Shown piece by piece: positions 31,501-45,510 of a DNA stretch of 64,000 nt (position 1 is the stretch's first letter; each line of letters begins with the position of its first letter). The stretch is from the human T2T-CHM13v2.0 reference genome, Homo sapiens, in assembly GCF_009914755.1 (NCBI RefSeq), contig NC_060926.1; one strand, written 5' to 3'. Under the pieces are notes generated by a model. That model did no database searches and was not told the DNA's origin. It was given only the letters and a program-made list of their open reading frames with translations. A program made the translations under genes and the position numbers.

Positions 31501-33684
31501 GGAAACACGTCTTTAAAACCCATTGTGAAAACCAGTCCATTATGAAGGTGTGTGCTTCATTTTGGAAAAGGGATCTAGTTTATTTTTATTCTTAGCACCT
31601 TCTTCACCTCTCAGGTAATAAATCGCTCTTATTTTGCCTATCACCATAGGTCCTGCCCCCAGGAATGCTATGCTGTCTAGAACAGTCTATCTGGTTTGAC
31701 CATGAGAAAAGCCCTTGATTTGAACAGAGCAAGGTCAGGTTTGGATAAGGAAAATTATTTTCAACCCCAAAAGGACAAGCTCAGAGCAAGTTGGGGAGCA
31801 TGTGGTAGCAGAACTTGGAACTAAAGCCCAGGTGCCCCAGGGCAGGACTGGGCACACATGGTGCTGCAGGAATACCTGGTAGCAAATCTCCGTGGGCCTG
31901 GTGGGAGGAGGGCAAGGAGGAGGAGAAGGGTCTCAGCAGCTTCTGGTCCTGAGAAATCTGTGTCTGCTCCTGCCAGTGACTCATGGGGCCTCACCTTCCC
32001 TACCATGAATGAGACCTGCTGGAACTGACTGCCTTATCCCCACCAGAGTGAAAACTAATGAGGTCATGTATCTCCCCGGACTTTGAGCTCCTTTGGGAAA
32101 GTTGCTGTAAAATCATAGGGTGTTGTTACCACGGGGGACACCAAAAGGTCACTGGACCAGGGAGATGAGTACTGCAGCCTACAAGGCCTTACAGTGCCTG
32201 ACTGCTTTCAGATTCTGTTTCTACCTTGAGCCTCTGATGCCTTGAGCAAGTCAGAAGGGCTAGAGGTCCTGCTTTGGGGCCTGGGCCAGGCCAAGCAGGG
32301 GAGAGATTCAGTGGAGTTGCTGTCCTGTCCATCTGTCTTTACACAGGGGGCCCCGTGTCCTTGGGGGCGCTGAGGTTTGGAGGTCCTGTTCCCTCTGATG
32401 GCAGTCAGCACTGTCGGTATTATGGAAACCTCCCAGCAAGGCAGCTGTGGGGACCCCAAGGAAACACCTTTCTTCAACCAATGCTGAGCCCATGAAAAGA
32501 AGGGAACTAGTGGTAATGAGCTCCTGGTCTGTGCCAAAAATCTCTTAGACCTTCATGCTCCTTATCTCATTTGATCTAGGCAGCATTGTAAGGGTGGAAA
32601 TTACGACCTCTGTCCCAGATGTATAAGCTGTGGCCTGGAGTGGGAATAGCTGCCCATAGGCCGCAGTCCAGAGAGGCAGCAAGAGCATCCAGAGCCAGAC
32701 TCTGAGTCTAGGGCACGCATTCTCCTCTGTGCCCTCTGCCTTGATGAGTCTTCTCCCCGCAGATCCACAGTCCCTGTTCTAACTCCCTTCGCTTCTTCTT
32801 CCCCTCCAGCCTTCTCTTCTGTGGCCTATTTGCCATTCCAACCAAATTCACCCCTTCCTTCGCTATCACCTACCAGCCTGAGGGGGTCCCAGAAACAGGG
32901 GAACCAACAACATATGTCAATTTTGCAAGCATCACCAATGTCAAAGAAGCCTTTCATCCCTCTCCACTGTGTCCCCTACTGCCTGCGGAGCCTGACTTCT
33001 GAAATGTTTCAACATCTTCACTGCAGAAAAGTGTCTTTCTGTTTTTTTTTTCTTAAATCCCCACATTTTCCATCGTCATAATGAAGGAGACAGTGACTTA
33101 GTTCATTCACTGACACTTACCTACTGGGCACATAAGGGCAAGAAGGGGAGATTCTTGTCCTCAAGAATCCTGGAGGCTACGGGAGGAAGCAGATGGTTAA
33201 AATATGACTAACTCGGTGCTAACTGTAGGCCAAGCACTGTTCTAAATGCTGTGTGGGTCCCACACTGGTTCATGTCACTGCAGCCCTCATGGGCAAGTGC
33301 AGTCACTACCCTCACCACGGCGCACCTACTCACTCTGCTCTCTGCCTTCTGGGAGACATGCCATCCAGCATTGTGTGGTGGCACAATATGGGGACACCAG
33401 AGCACAGAGAGGGGGACATTGGTTTGGCTGCAGGGACTGGGAGGAGTTTAGAGAGAGTGGCCAGGAGCTGGGGCTTGAAGCCTGAGACATGGGAAAGCCT
33501 CTCCAGGGAAGGGGGAGGGCTGGTGTCAGGGGTGGTTCTGAGGTCCTGGCACCTGGGGCCAGGCACACCAGACATGCAGCAGCACCTACATCAGTAAGAG
33601 CACAAGAGCAAGGTCGGCAGAACATTGTCTGCCTGCCTGAAGGATTTCGGTCTTTCTTGTCAGGATTGAGATGTTTGATGAGTA

Positions 33685-34490
33685 CAGTGGATTCGTGTTA
33701 TTTGAGGCAGTTATGTTCTATAAAGGCACCGAAAACACTGAATTAGCCAATGCTGAACCATGGCTTCTAGAGGAAACACAGGTTTAGGTTCCTGCGAGCC
33801 TCTGGCCATGATGTGTTAGTCAGCCTATCAATGCAGAATCTTGTATTGTGTGTGTTGTGTGTTTCTGTTGGAAGACACCTTATTTAATATATGTTACTGA
33901 TTCATTCACATTGAACTCATTGCCAACAGCACTGGAACTCATGTCCACACGAAGCTTACCTAACACATGTTTTCTCCGTAAGGCACATCACAGTCTTGCA
34001 CAGAGGAAAATGAGACAGCATTTCAGCCCTTTCCTTGGGGGCCATTTTTAAGCAGTGAAATCACCAACAAAAAGTGTAAAAATGTGGAAAATGTAACAGT
34101 AAATAAACTGCAAAAGGGACACTTGTTTATAGCATGAGAGCTGAAACAAGAAGGCAGATCAGGGCCAGGCATGGTGGCTTGCACCTGTAATCCCAGCACT
34201 TTGGGAGGGTGAGGTGGGAGGATCACTTGAGCCCTGGAGTTTGAGACCAGCCTAGGGAACATAGTGAGACCCCCATCTCTATTAAAAATAAAAAAACAAA
34301 AACTTGAAAAATGAAAGAAGGCACAGTAGGGCCTCTTTTGACCTCAGCTTTGAATGAGTGACCCAACTGCTTCACTGCTCTTCTCGTGTCCACAAATAGC
34401 AGGGAAAGAGCTGCAGGTATTAATGTTGTGGTTACAGATGCATTTTACCAAGGACATGAATTTGCAGTGATGGAATCTGCAAATTGATAT
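33685..34490 (+). mobile_element. MER82-like Tigger-family DNA transposon, interrupted by a FLAM
   Basis: TA-cagtggattcgtgttatt terminus; colinear with the second copy at 42575-44509. Confidence 0.8.
34163..34315 (+). mobile_element. FLAM_C-like Alu monomer
   Basis: Single left-type monomer with A tail; flanking aagaaggca repeat. Confidence 0.88.
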
Positions 34491-37400
34491 TGGTAATGGG
34501 AGGGAAGCCTGAAATACTCTGCCCTTGGAGCCCTTCCTATTCTCCTACAGAAGCCCCCTTAATCAGTGGATGGGACTTACCTGCTGGCGTCCCTCCATAT
34601 GGGCGTCGCTACGCTGTCTTTAGATCTTTGTGGAGCCGTGGGAGGCAGCCTGGGAAGGGATTACACTCACCTAAGGGAATGAGATAATGGAAACTGGAGC
34701 TCAGGTGATGTGAGCAGCCCAAGACTGATGCCCAGCGGAGGCGAAGTTGAAAACAGAGGCCACAACTCTAAGTGTGTTGAGCCTCTTTTCAGTTTATCTT
34801 CATGTCTCAAATATTGAGCCAAAATGATGCCTTGTGAAGCTCTTTCCACTCCCTTTCCACTCCCAAAGAGGGATTCCATAAAATTAACTGGCATGAAAAG
34901 AAGGGGGTACAGATATGTGTCCCAGATTTTGCAGAGCTGTTGCAGTATGCTCCTTACACAAATGGGCATGAGCATGAGCAGCTCCATTAATGTTCTTGGA
35001 GACAGAAGTTATTTACATCCTATAAATATCCATCCCAACAGCAGAGCTGGGGCTACCACTAACATGTTGCTGCTGTTTTAAATAAACTTTGGATCCCTAG
35101 ACTTTCATGACTGCTAAATTTAACCGTCTCAACATGTCTTTGTGGAGTCACTTCTTAATGTTCTTGAGGTTTTGGAAATAGTTCAAAGAATCCTTGACCT
35201 CAGCTTCTCATGCTTAAGTGCATGAGAATAAGTTCTACTTTGGCTAGCTCATCTTGCTCTGTAGATAGCCACCAATGCATGGGTGGAGATGTGGAGGTGG
35301 AGAAACTGGGTGGGTTTGGAATCGCCTCACTGTGGGATTCTGGGCCACCTTGAGCACCTTCATCACAAAGTGCTGGCCGAGGATCTGGGAGGCTGCCTGC
35401 AGGTGTGGCTCCCCCAGCTCCCTGGCTCCGTTTCTTCCTCTGCAACATGGGAGTAGAAACAACACCCCGACTTCCTCTCAGCATTGCTGTGAAGGTTGCA
35501 TAATTGGACAAGGTGTGTGAAAGCACCCTGGGAGTTTCAAGGTGCCATACAGTTTGTTTTGTTTGTTTAACAGAAGTCTTAGTCACAGGGTCTAACAAAG
35601 CTAAGGTTATCTTTTTTTTTTTTTTTTTTTTTTTTTTTGCAAAAACAAAAATACTCTAGCATCCTAGCTTAGCAAAGGCAGGTTTTATTGTTTAACAAGT
35701 AGAACTCTCTACCCTAAAATGTGGCCTTGTGTATCAAGGGTTGTTATCTGCAATTTATTTTTAAATTATGGTAAATGTGATCCTGATGCATAGATATGTA
35801 ATATATGTGGCTTTATATATAAACACACACACTCACACTTTATATATATATGAACTCATAGAAGTAGGCTTCTTTTGGCATACTGAGAACTACCAACATG
35901 GAATATACATATTCCACTTATTTCTAAATAGTACTTATTCCAATGCCCAGGGAAATTTTTGAACCAAAGTTTCAAATATATAGGCAGCCTCTGTGAACAC
36001 ACATGGAGTTTTAATACAAATGTTCCTAAACATACATGGCTTTGAGTGCTCCAAAGAAAAGGCCCATTGTCTCAACTTGGGGCGAGCAGGGAACCCAAAA
36101 GCAGGAAGGTCTTGCCCTAGCTTTCCCAGGGACTCGAACTCTGACCTTATGGAAGGTACTTAATTTCTCTGCCTCAAATTCCTCCTCTTCAGCTTGTCCC
36201 ATTCACAGAGGTGTCCATTCATACAGAGGCTTTCAGCCTCTCCCAGGAGGGAGGCCATGCAGTCATGCCAAGTTTTTGTCTTCTTCTTGTCTTGAACTCT
36301 TTAACTGAAATACAGGCATAGACAATCCGTGTCCGCCCTTTAAAGATGCCTGTTATCTGCAGACCTTCAGGGCAGAGAAGCTGGAAGTTGGAAGGACATG
36401 CATCAGCCAGGAGAAAACACCCTCTGCCTGGCCTGTTTTCAATAACAGGAGGAGGAGGCTTGGTGCCGAAATGGAGGAATTTCCTCAAACGCCCTCTGCT
36501 CCAGAATGATCCCTTTTACAAACCTGGCTAAGAAAACATGGGCAGAGGACTCTGGGAGCTTCATGCCCTTCTGGCCCTCACCATTTATCCAATTTACACT
36601 GATCAGACCCACATTGGCAAATGAAAGCCCCCTCTTTCCTTCTGTTTGTATGAGTTACTCACGGGGGCAATTTGAACGGATTGGATTTCCCCTTGGAAAT
36701 GCTGGTATTTCCATGATTTGAAAAGTCTGGCTCAATTAGAATAATCTTCAGGCACTTCCTCTCCTTTTATTCAGGTAAATCATGGATAATTTAAAAGCAA
36801 AAGAACCTTTTGGACCATTGGGGCTGCCTCTTTCATCTGCTCGCCCTCATAATTGCCCTTCCATTGTGAGACCTCCGTGGTGAGTTCAGGAGACTGATTA
36901 AGAGGTGCAGGGTTGGGCCGTGCAGAAGGGAGGGTCGGGGGCCACCGCACAGGGCCTCGCCTTCAAAGACACTTCCTCTGCAGCAGGTATGTTAAATACC
37001 AAACCTGAGTCGGGTTACGTTCTCAATTGATGCCATATGATCCCAAGTGCTCAGACAAAGGCAGGCCATGATTAGAAAGTTCAAGACTAGGAATGCTTCT
37101 GGGGGCAGGGGTAATCGAGTGCCTGGAGATGGGGAGGGAGACGGTAAGGCGAGCTGACAGGGGATGCCGGCACCCCCAAAACATGTTTGGAACTAGAGAA
37201 ATTGTTCTTTTACCTCAGCTGCCCACGCTTCAATCTGGCACGCGATGAAAGCTCCCTTTGCTTCGCTTTCCGCAGAATGCTGTGGGATTGGGTGAATCAC
37301 ACAGAGAAGCTGTTTTGACTTCCAGCTCTAATGAGGCATGTTTGCATATTCTTTTCCCCATCCACCTTGGAGAGGGGAATGCGTTGTTGTGACTGCTACT

Positions 37401-38834
37401 GAGTGTGTGTTTTGGGGGGTGCGGTCGTTAGGGGAGGTGGGGATCCAGATGTTCACAGCTGGGAGAGTGCTCCCAGCACCTCGGCTAGCCTGCTCATCTT
37501 ATGGGTGGAGAAACTGAGGCCCAGAGTCTCTCGGTCTGTGATATCTGGCCAGTGCTGGAACTCAGGGTTTCCACTAGCCTTCCTTCAGCACCCCAGCTGC
37601 ACTGGAGGCAGAAGCAGAGGTGGAGGCCAGCTGTCTTCAAGCCTCAGACTTATTGGTTTGCACTCCCTTTGCCCCTGGCCTGCCCAGCCTGGCCAGCCTC
37701 AGAGTCAGCCCACAGCAACACCTGGAGACAGAATCTGAGACTCCCTTCAGAGTGGAGGTGAGGTGGAGGGGGTCCTGAGGACCCCCAGGAGGAGCCAGGC
37801 AGGGACAGGCAAGGGTCAGTGAAATAGACAGGCTATGTGTTCTGGATGCATTGACACATGACAGCCCGGCCACTGAGGGAGCAGGGGCTGTGTCAGGATT
37901 CCAGGGCTCCAGTTCCAGCTCCCCTGGGCACTTGCTGAGATGCCACTTTGGAGAGGTCTATTTCCCATGTTGAGTCTCAGTTTTTTCCATTACGTTGTGG
38001 GCGTGGAGGTAATTATCTCCAAGGAGCTGCAAGTCCTCAAATTCAGTTACTTGTAGGGTGTATGCCATTGACCTACAGCAAGAGCTGTCTATGGAGACTC
38101 CTCATAAAAAGGCTGCACCCCCCAGCGAGCCCTACCCATGTGACGTGCTGCGCAGACATACAGAGACATGGACACCAGGAGTGCGCAGGGAATGACAGGC
38201 AGAGAGCAGAGCCATGCCAGCCTGGTTCAGACCCAGGAGTCCCCAAGGGCAGAACTCTCAGCAGTGGGAATGGCGGGGGAGCTCTTGAGGTGGATGAGCA
38301 CACGGCCAGAGAATGGTACCAATGGAAAATGGAATTCTATAAAAACAAATCCAATAAGTATTTATTGGCCAAACTGCCCGAGCTCTTGCAAAGCAGCAAT
38401 TCCTGCTCATAAAGTATAAAAATGCATGCTTTCCAACCCTCTTGCCTCATCTAGGAAAATGCTACGAACCAGGGGTGATGAGTTTCTCAGAGCCTCTCAC
38501 TTTCTCTTGACTTGATTCCTGTAGCTGCGTCACTAGTTACATTGTTTTGTGGTTTCTTATTTACACATCAGCCTCTGCCACAGACCCAAAGCAGCTAGAG
38601 AGCAGGGACCAGTCTGGTCCTGGAGCCGCTCCCATCTCCTGCGGGTCTGGCACAGACTAAGTAGTATCTTATACAGTGTTTATTTAACTGAATCAAATTT
38701 TGCTTCACAGGTAGGTCCAAGGGTGTCCCATTTCACAGCACTAGAGCCTGTGAGCTTCAAACCCAAGCGTCATGAGTTATTTCCTGTGGGATTGTGGACC
38801 TGTTTCTTCAGGGCTCTGCCTCCCATAATAAAGT

Positions 38835-39080
38835 ATTCATAATAACAGCTGACCTTCCCTGGGCACTTTCTAATTGCTGGGTACTGTCCTAAGCACGTTA
38901 GAAACATCACATTGTAATTGTCACCACATTTCTATGAGTAGCTATTATTACTATCCCCACTGTATGAATAAAGAAACTGAGGCACAGAGAGGCTAAGTGA
39001 CGGGTCCAAGGCCACATAGCTAGTGGCAGAGCCAGGATTCAGACCCACACAGGCAGTCAGGTGTCAGAGCATGTGCTTGT
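38835..39080 (-). mobile_element. Near full-length MIR
   Basis: taataacagctgac...gtactgtcctaagc...gaaactgaggcacagagaggctaagtgac...ccaaggccacatagctagt. Confidence 0.88.
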
Positions 39081-41695
39081 TGCCTCTGTCTGCACTCGGA
39101 GCCCCCAGCTGGGGCCTGGCACATGGCAGGAGCTGAAAAATGAATGCTGATTCCTGACTCTTCATTTATTTCCATGGGCCATGAGGGTATAGTCACTAGT
39201 GGAGAAATGTCAGCCTCTTGTGGAGAACCTGTGGAGAGGGCCTCCAGATAGCCTGTTGGGGAGGAGATTGCCATTTCCCCATCATTCCGGAGTCAGGGCA
39301 CTGGAAAAGTCCATGACATCCCTTTAACACAAACACCTGCCAAGGCTCTTGCTGTCTCCAAGCAGGAATATTCAGAGCCCTGGGCCTCCAGAGACAATTC
39401 TCAGGGTCAGCCCCATTTCTGCATGCCCCTAATTAAGTTAGAAGAGAATCCAGGCCCCTGGGTGCTCCTTTCTCCAGGAAGCACTTGAAAAATGCAGGGA
39501 GGTAAAGAAGTTCAAGGTTTGGGTATCTGCTGCCCTTGGTTCTGCTCAGGAATTCTTTAGCTGATTACACGGCTCTCATTTCAACAACACCAGCTTTGTG
39601 TGCTGAGCTATGGGAAGACTCCTCTCCGTCACTGCCTGCCGCCACGGAGGGTCACCCTGCCGGGAAAACGCATCTGGAGAAAAGTGTTTCCACCAGATTT
39701 TAAAATACTCCAGGGGAAACATTTTCTTGAGGAGTTCTTTTCTTTCTTCTTTTCCCTTTTACCCTTTTGCTTACAGGCTAATAATGATGGTAGGGCCCCT
39801 GCATTCTTAGAAATCCCTAGAATGAAACTGGGTTGAAAGCCATTGATTGGGAAAGAACGTGGCGTGCCTCCTGTCTGGGCCCTCAGCGCTGGTGGCATCC
39901 TACTTATGCTCACTGCGGAGGACATGGGCCTCCTGGAGCCACAGGGTGCTGTGGTTGGAGGCCCCCGGGCCACCGCCGGCACCTTCTTTCATTCTGCGAA
40001 GCTCCACCCTGGGCTGGGCAGAGGCTACTTGCATTCCTCCAAGCCCTTCCTTCTGGGCAGATATTTCTCAAGCACTTAACACTTTTGAGAAGTATATTTA
40101 GTCACAAAGACCGCCCAAAGCCAATCTGCCCAAATAGTTCTCATTTCTCTGATTATCCTCTGCCCTTTACTCCCTGAAGATTCCTGTACTAACATGGTGG
40201 GGGATCCTGAGATAAATATGTGGCCTCATCCTTGTGATACATAGTCTGATTGGGGAATCCAAGTTTCAAAAGAAAAGACACATTCACTTCCATATGCTAG
40301 GCCTGAGATGAGGTCCATGTAGGGCGGGTCCAGAGATGAATAATGATGTCAGACATTTCTCCAGCATGGACTTGCACATCAGCCACCATGTGTGACTTGC
40401 TTTACCTTATGTGGTCCTCACAAGAGCCCTATGAAAGCTACTTTTAAATGAGTGGGGAAACAGGCTGAGAGAGGTAATTGGCTCCTGGTCACAGATTGCT
40501 AAGTGGTCACACTGGAATGCAAAACCAGGCCCTCTTGGCTTTCTGGCTTGTGCCAACCACACACCAACACTACCAATTCCCCGCTCCCTGCCTCCACCCC
40601 AGGGTGCTCACCATCCCCTGGAGCAGGGCCCATGTGCCAGGCCACAGCAGTACAAGATAAAGTGAGGTTGTGGGGTCAACATGCAAATTAGGTGCAGGTG
40701 ACCAACACTGCCATGGCTCAGATGTGAGAGGCATCACTGTGGCATAGGAGGGGAATGTGTCAGTGAAGGAGTTGAAATTTCTCTGTTCCTCATGGAGTGT
40801 GTCTCTTCTTGTATCTTCATAGCCAAATTCTCTGTGAAGCCAAATCCTTCAAGGCCCATGATGCCCCTTCCAGGAAGCCTTCCCACGCTGCTCTGGTCTT
40901 CAGGGATCTCTCCCTCCCCTGGGTATCTGTAGCAGGTAGAGTCAGGGCTGAACCTGATCCAGGCTACAACAGTGCACTTTCAGCCACAGGGGTCTTGCCT
41001 TCCCAGCTAGATTGCAAATTCCTCATCAGCAGGTGGAGACCGGGGCTCTCCACCTTTCCTTCTCTGAGGTGCAGAAGCCTGTGTCAGGTACAGTTTTATA
41101 GGGCAAAAAGAGCAATGGGCCTGGGGTGGAACTCTTGTGAACAAGGTGACATACTGGGACGTGTTGGCCATAATGTGACACAAGGGGAACCTCTAGCATA
41201 GGCAGAGAGAAGGAAGAGGCTAGTGTCCTGGGAACCAAAGAAATGGTTTCAAGGTGGTGCTATGACAGTAGGATCAAATGCAAGGGCCAGACTGGGGAAG
41301 ATAAGGAGACCTGTTGGAAAGGATTGTCTTGGCTAATGGGTGAGAGCTGTTCCAGGAGAGTGGTGAGGGCAAATGAATGTCAGGCAATGACATAGAGCCA
41401 TGAATTATATTTTATTTTTATAGAGTTTGCTTGAAAAGGACAAGAGAAATCTGGATAGTCACTAAAGGAGGATGTGTCCTTCAATACTTACAAGCTCTAC
41501 GACCATTTACTTAACATCTTCACACTTTATTGTCTTTGTAAAGTAGGGATTGCATCTTCCTCTTATAGAGTGGGTCTGAGGAGTCAAAGAAATCAAGCAT
41601 GTAAAGCACTTAGCTCAGTGTCAAAGGCAGGGTACAGTTAGTAAAAGTTAATAATGACTGCTTTTTAGCATAGGAGGAACTTCAGCCTATATGTG

Positions 41696-42415
41696 TGAGA
41701 AATAAGAATAAAATTCTACCCCCCTCAAACTGACGGAATGGACCCCTTCTTGACCAAGGGAAGGGACCCCAGAGAAATTTTAAAAACTGAGTTCCCGGCC
41801 ACGACAGGAAAAGAGGTTGAACCTGCCTCATTATGCTCCCTCCCTGACTAATCACCATTAGGTGTTCTTCCCTAAGGGAGGAAAATAAATCAAATCTTTG
41901 GAAAGACTCTACCCCTGATAGCAATTGACTTCCTGATGCTGCCCCTCCCTTTCAGCACAACACCCAGCATCCCTTCCTGATAAGAGACCACCGACCATGA
42001 CCATGAAGTGGGTCTGGCCAGTCTATGGAGGATGTGCAAAGAGGATTTTGTGTCCTCTGCTTCACTTTTTGACATCAGAGGGCTGAAAACTCTATCCTCA
42101 GATCATGCTGGCGCCACCATTTTTTGAACATGGGCCCAAGGGAGAGGCATGAGGCTCAATTGTGCATGAGTGTGTTTCTCCTCTCATAAATACTCATGAC
42201 TCCTCCCATAGCTTATTGAATATGTATATATATTTGACCACTGTACTCAGCATAAATCCCTTTTTTATTCTTCCTACCCTTGAATTGTTTCTGGTTTCTG
42301 GCCGGAGGCTACATTTCCCAGCCTGTCAGAATGGCCACACTACAGGCTGCAATTGTTTGTGAGAAATAAAGCTCTCCTTTCCAAATTCCTGAACCTCATC
42401 ATTCTTCAGTTGACA
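41696..42415 (+). mobile_element. ERV1 solo LTR, MER39-like
   Basis: TG...CA ends, ~720 bp, AATAAA at ~42365, end tcattcttcagttgaca, 4-bp TSD-like tgtg/tgta. Confidence 0.8.
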
Positions 42416-43021
42416 TGTAAGTTGATGGAAACAGGGGAGAGGGAAGTGAAAAACATAGAACATGGAGATAACTGATGGAGTGAAGGCTTGAGGAAGGGAT
42501 GGGGTTGAGGACACAGGGGAGAGGATGGTTCTGAGTCTTGAGATGAGAAAAAGTGAGAAAGGTCAAAGCTGTATCACTGATTCTCATTATTTGCAGCAGT
42601 TTTGTTCTACATTCACCTTGAAGAACACTGACTTAGTAAATACTGCAATCATTGCTCCTAGGAGAAACACAGGATAAGGTTCCCATGAGCCTCTGTCACA
42701 GCATTTTTGTTAATCAATTAATACGTAATCTTATTTTATGTGTGCTGCTGTTTAAAGATGCCGTATTTAATATATATTGTTGATTTGCTAACATCAAACT
42801 CAGGGCCAACAGCACTATGACTCATGCCTGACTGAACTTACCTAACACATGCATTTTCTCCATAAGGCACATGGCAGCCCCCTTGTGCTTAGAAATAGTA
42901 GATGACACTTCAGCATTGTATTTGGAGGCCATTCTAAACAGTGAAATCTCCAAAAAAGAGCACAAAAAATGTAAAAAACATGATACTAAATGACCCACAA
43001 AATCGACACGTGTTTATAGTG

Positions 43022-44300
43022 TTAGGTGGGTGTAAATGTAATTGCAGTTTTTGCATTACTGAAATTTGCCATTTGTTATTGGAATACATTCTTAAATAAA
43101 TGTGGTTATGTTATACATCATTTTAATGTGCAATTCTTTCTTTTTTTTTGCTAATGACTTATTACTTGCTGTATATTTTGTATTTATTTTAGACTATGGA
43201 AATGGTGTTAGACAAAGAGCAAATTTGAGTCATTTTCTTATTTGAGTTCAAAATGGGTTGTAAAACAGTGGTGACAACTTGCAACATCAATAATGCATTT
43301 GGTCCAGGAACTGCTAATGAATGTACAGTGTGGTGATGGTTCAAGAAGTTTTGCAAAAGATATGAGAGCCTTGAAGATGAGGAGTGTAGTGGCTGACCAT
43401 TGGAAGTTGACAACAACCAATTGAAAGCAATCATCAATGCTGATCCTCTCACAACTATGTGAGAAGTTGCCGAAGAACTCAACATCAACTATTCTATGAT
43501 CATTTGACATTTGAAGCAAATTGAAATGGAGAAAAAGCTTGATAAGTGGGTGCCTCATATGCAGAGCAAAAATGAAAAACATCCTCATTTTGAAGTGTCA
43601 TCTTCTCTTATTCTATGCAACAGTGAACCATTTCTCAATCAGATTGTGACATGCAACAAAAAGTGGACTTTATACAACAATCGTTGACGACGAGCTCAGT
43701 GGCTGGACAGAGAAGAAGCTCCGAAACACTTCCCAAAGGCAAATTTGCACCAAAAAAAGTCATCATCACTGTTTGGTGGTCTGCTGCCAGTCTGATCCAC
43801 TATAGCTTTCTGAATCCTGGTGAAACCATTACATCTGAGAAGTATGCTAAGCAAATTGATGAGATACACTGAAAACTGCAATGCCTACAGCCAGCATTGG
43901 TCAACCAAAAGGGCCCAATTCTTCCCCATGACAACACCTGACCACACGTCTCTCAACCAATGCTTCGAAAGTTGAATGAATTGGGGTACAAAGTTTTGCC
44001 TCATCTGCCATATTTACCCGACCTCTAGCCAATTGACTACCCCTTCTTCAAGCATCTTGACAACTTTTTGCAGGGAAAACACTTCCACAACCAGCAGGAT
44101 GCAGAAAATGCTTTCCAAGTGTTTGTTGAATCCCGAAGCATAGATTTTTATGCTACAGGAATAAACAAACTTATTTCTCATTGGCAAAAATGTGCTGATT
44201 GTCATGGTTCCTATTTTGATTAATAAAGATGTGTTTGAGCCTAGTTATAATGATTTAAAACTCACAGTCTGAAACTGCAATTACTTTTGCATCAACCTGA
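43022..44300 (+). mobile_element. Hsmar1 mariner transposon, full length
   Basis: TIRs ttaggtgggtgtaaatgtaattgcagtttt and aaactgcaattacttttgcatcaacctga; ~1.28 kb; transposase remnant inside. Confidence 0.95.
43196..44223 (+). pseudogene. Hsmar1 transposase, inactivated (stops and frameshifts)
   Basis: Starts MEMVLDKEQI*; WVPH, VTC(N)KKW, HDN and YLPDL*PIDY motif remnants; ends GSYFD*. Confidence 0.92.
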
Positions 44301-45339
44301 GCCACGTGAGAAGGCAGAGTACCACGTCACTCCACCTGGCAGGGGCGGTGGACATGAGTGTTGGAGACTCAAATTCTTTTTACCACTTTGTGTGTGTCCA
44401 GGGATGACTGCAAAAGCACTGTGAGTATTTATTTGGAGGGGTTACAAATAAATCTTACTGAGTAGGTGAATTTACAAATACAAAATTTGTGAATCATGAG
44501 AATCAACTGTGTTTAAGTTTATCATGAAGGGAATGAAAATTGAGAGACCTTGTGGGTGCTGGAGAGGCTAAATTTTCTCTTTGAAATAAAAGTCAAGGTC
44601 TTCCGAGAAGATGCAGAAAGGGTGGAGGAGGCCTGGGGAAAGCAATACAGTTGGAAAGTTGCTGAGAAGAATAGGAGAGGGGGCCAGGAAGCAGAGAACA
44701 GGATTGGCAGGCACAGCTGAAGGACCAGCTGAGGGGGAGGCCTGCCTAGTTCAACTCTTTCCTCCAGAGCCGCCTTCTGGCAAGGCTCCATGAAACTGAT
44801 TACCTGGGGAAATTCACCAAAAGTTGCAGTCTGATTTCCACTTAAAGATGCAGAAGCTTCTTTTTTTCCCCTTTCCTTCCTTGAAATCCAGAAGAGAGAA
44901 TGAAAAACAGAAAAATTAACAAATAAAACTTTATTTTCACTAAGACCAAAAAAAAAAAAAAAAAAAAACCCAGCTATAACCGCAAACCACAAGCTATGAA
45001 GTGTGCTAGCCAAATACTGTGAAATCTGCACCAAAATGAGGTACAAATCTGACATGCTCACATTTCTTTTCAGACCATGAGAATAGAACACATTTTTCTA
45101 GAAGTAACAATCAGGGCCTTAAGAGTCTTATCCAGTGGTTCTCTGATGACAGCCACATGGCCTAAGACAGTGGGCAGACCTCTAGAGCAAGGAACATATC
45201 CCTCTAGAAACTTCAGGGCAAGTGAGTCTGAAGAAGACACTATAGAGACACAGCAAATCCGTTCTCTCTTACCAGTCTCCTAGATGAGGCAGATGCCGGA
45301 GGCCAAGGAGCTAAAGTTGCACGCATTCCTATGTCAACA

Positions 45340-45510
45340 CCTTGCTAATTCAAAGTGTGCTTTGAGGACCCACAGCATTAGTCCTGCCTGGGAGCTTGTT
45401 AGAAATGCAGAACTTCAGAGCACACCTCAGACCCGATGAATCAGAACCCACATCTTAGCAAGGTCTCCAGGGGACTAGTATGCATTTTATACCTTGAGAA
45501 GGACTATCCT
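45340..45510. mobile_element. MER5-family hAT MITE, diverged
   Basis: tcaaagtgtg...cctgggagcttgttagaaatgcagaa...gaatcagaa. Confidence 0.75.

Larger units (their letters stand above)
42575..44509 (+). mobile_element. MER82-like element split by Hsmar1
   Basis: Termini cactgattctcattatt...gaatcatgagaatcaactg (inverted); 42575-43021 and 44301-44509 align with 33685-34490. Confidence 0.8.

Noticed and set aside
35612-35690. Isolated long poly-T with loosely similar flanks
   Set aside because: Flank similarity too poor to call a TSD; no identifiable inserted sequence
44900-44970. AATAAA followed ~20 nt later by a long A run, like a retrocopy 3' end
   Set aside because: No matching TSD upstream and no recognisable mRNA body; the neighbourhood looks like ancient L1/HAL1-type debris
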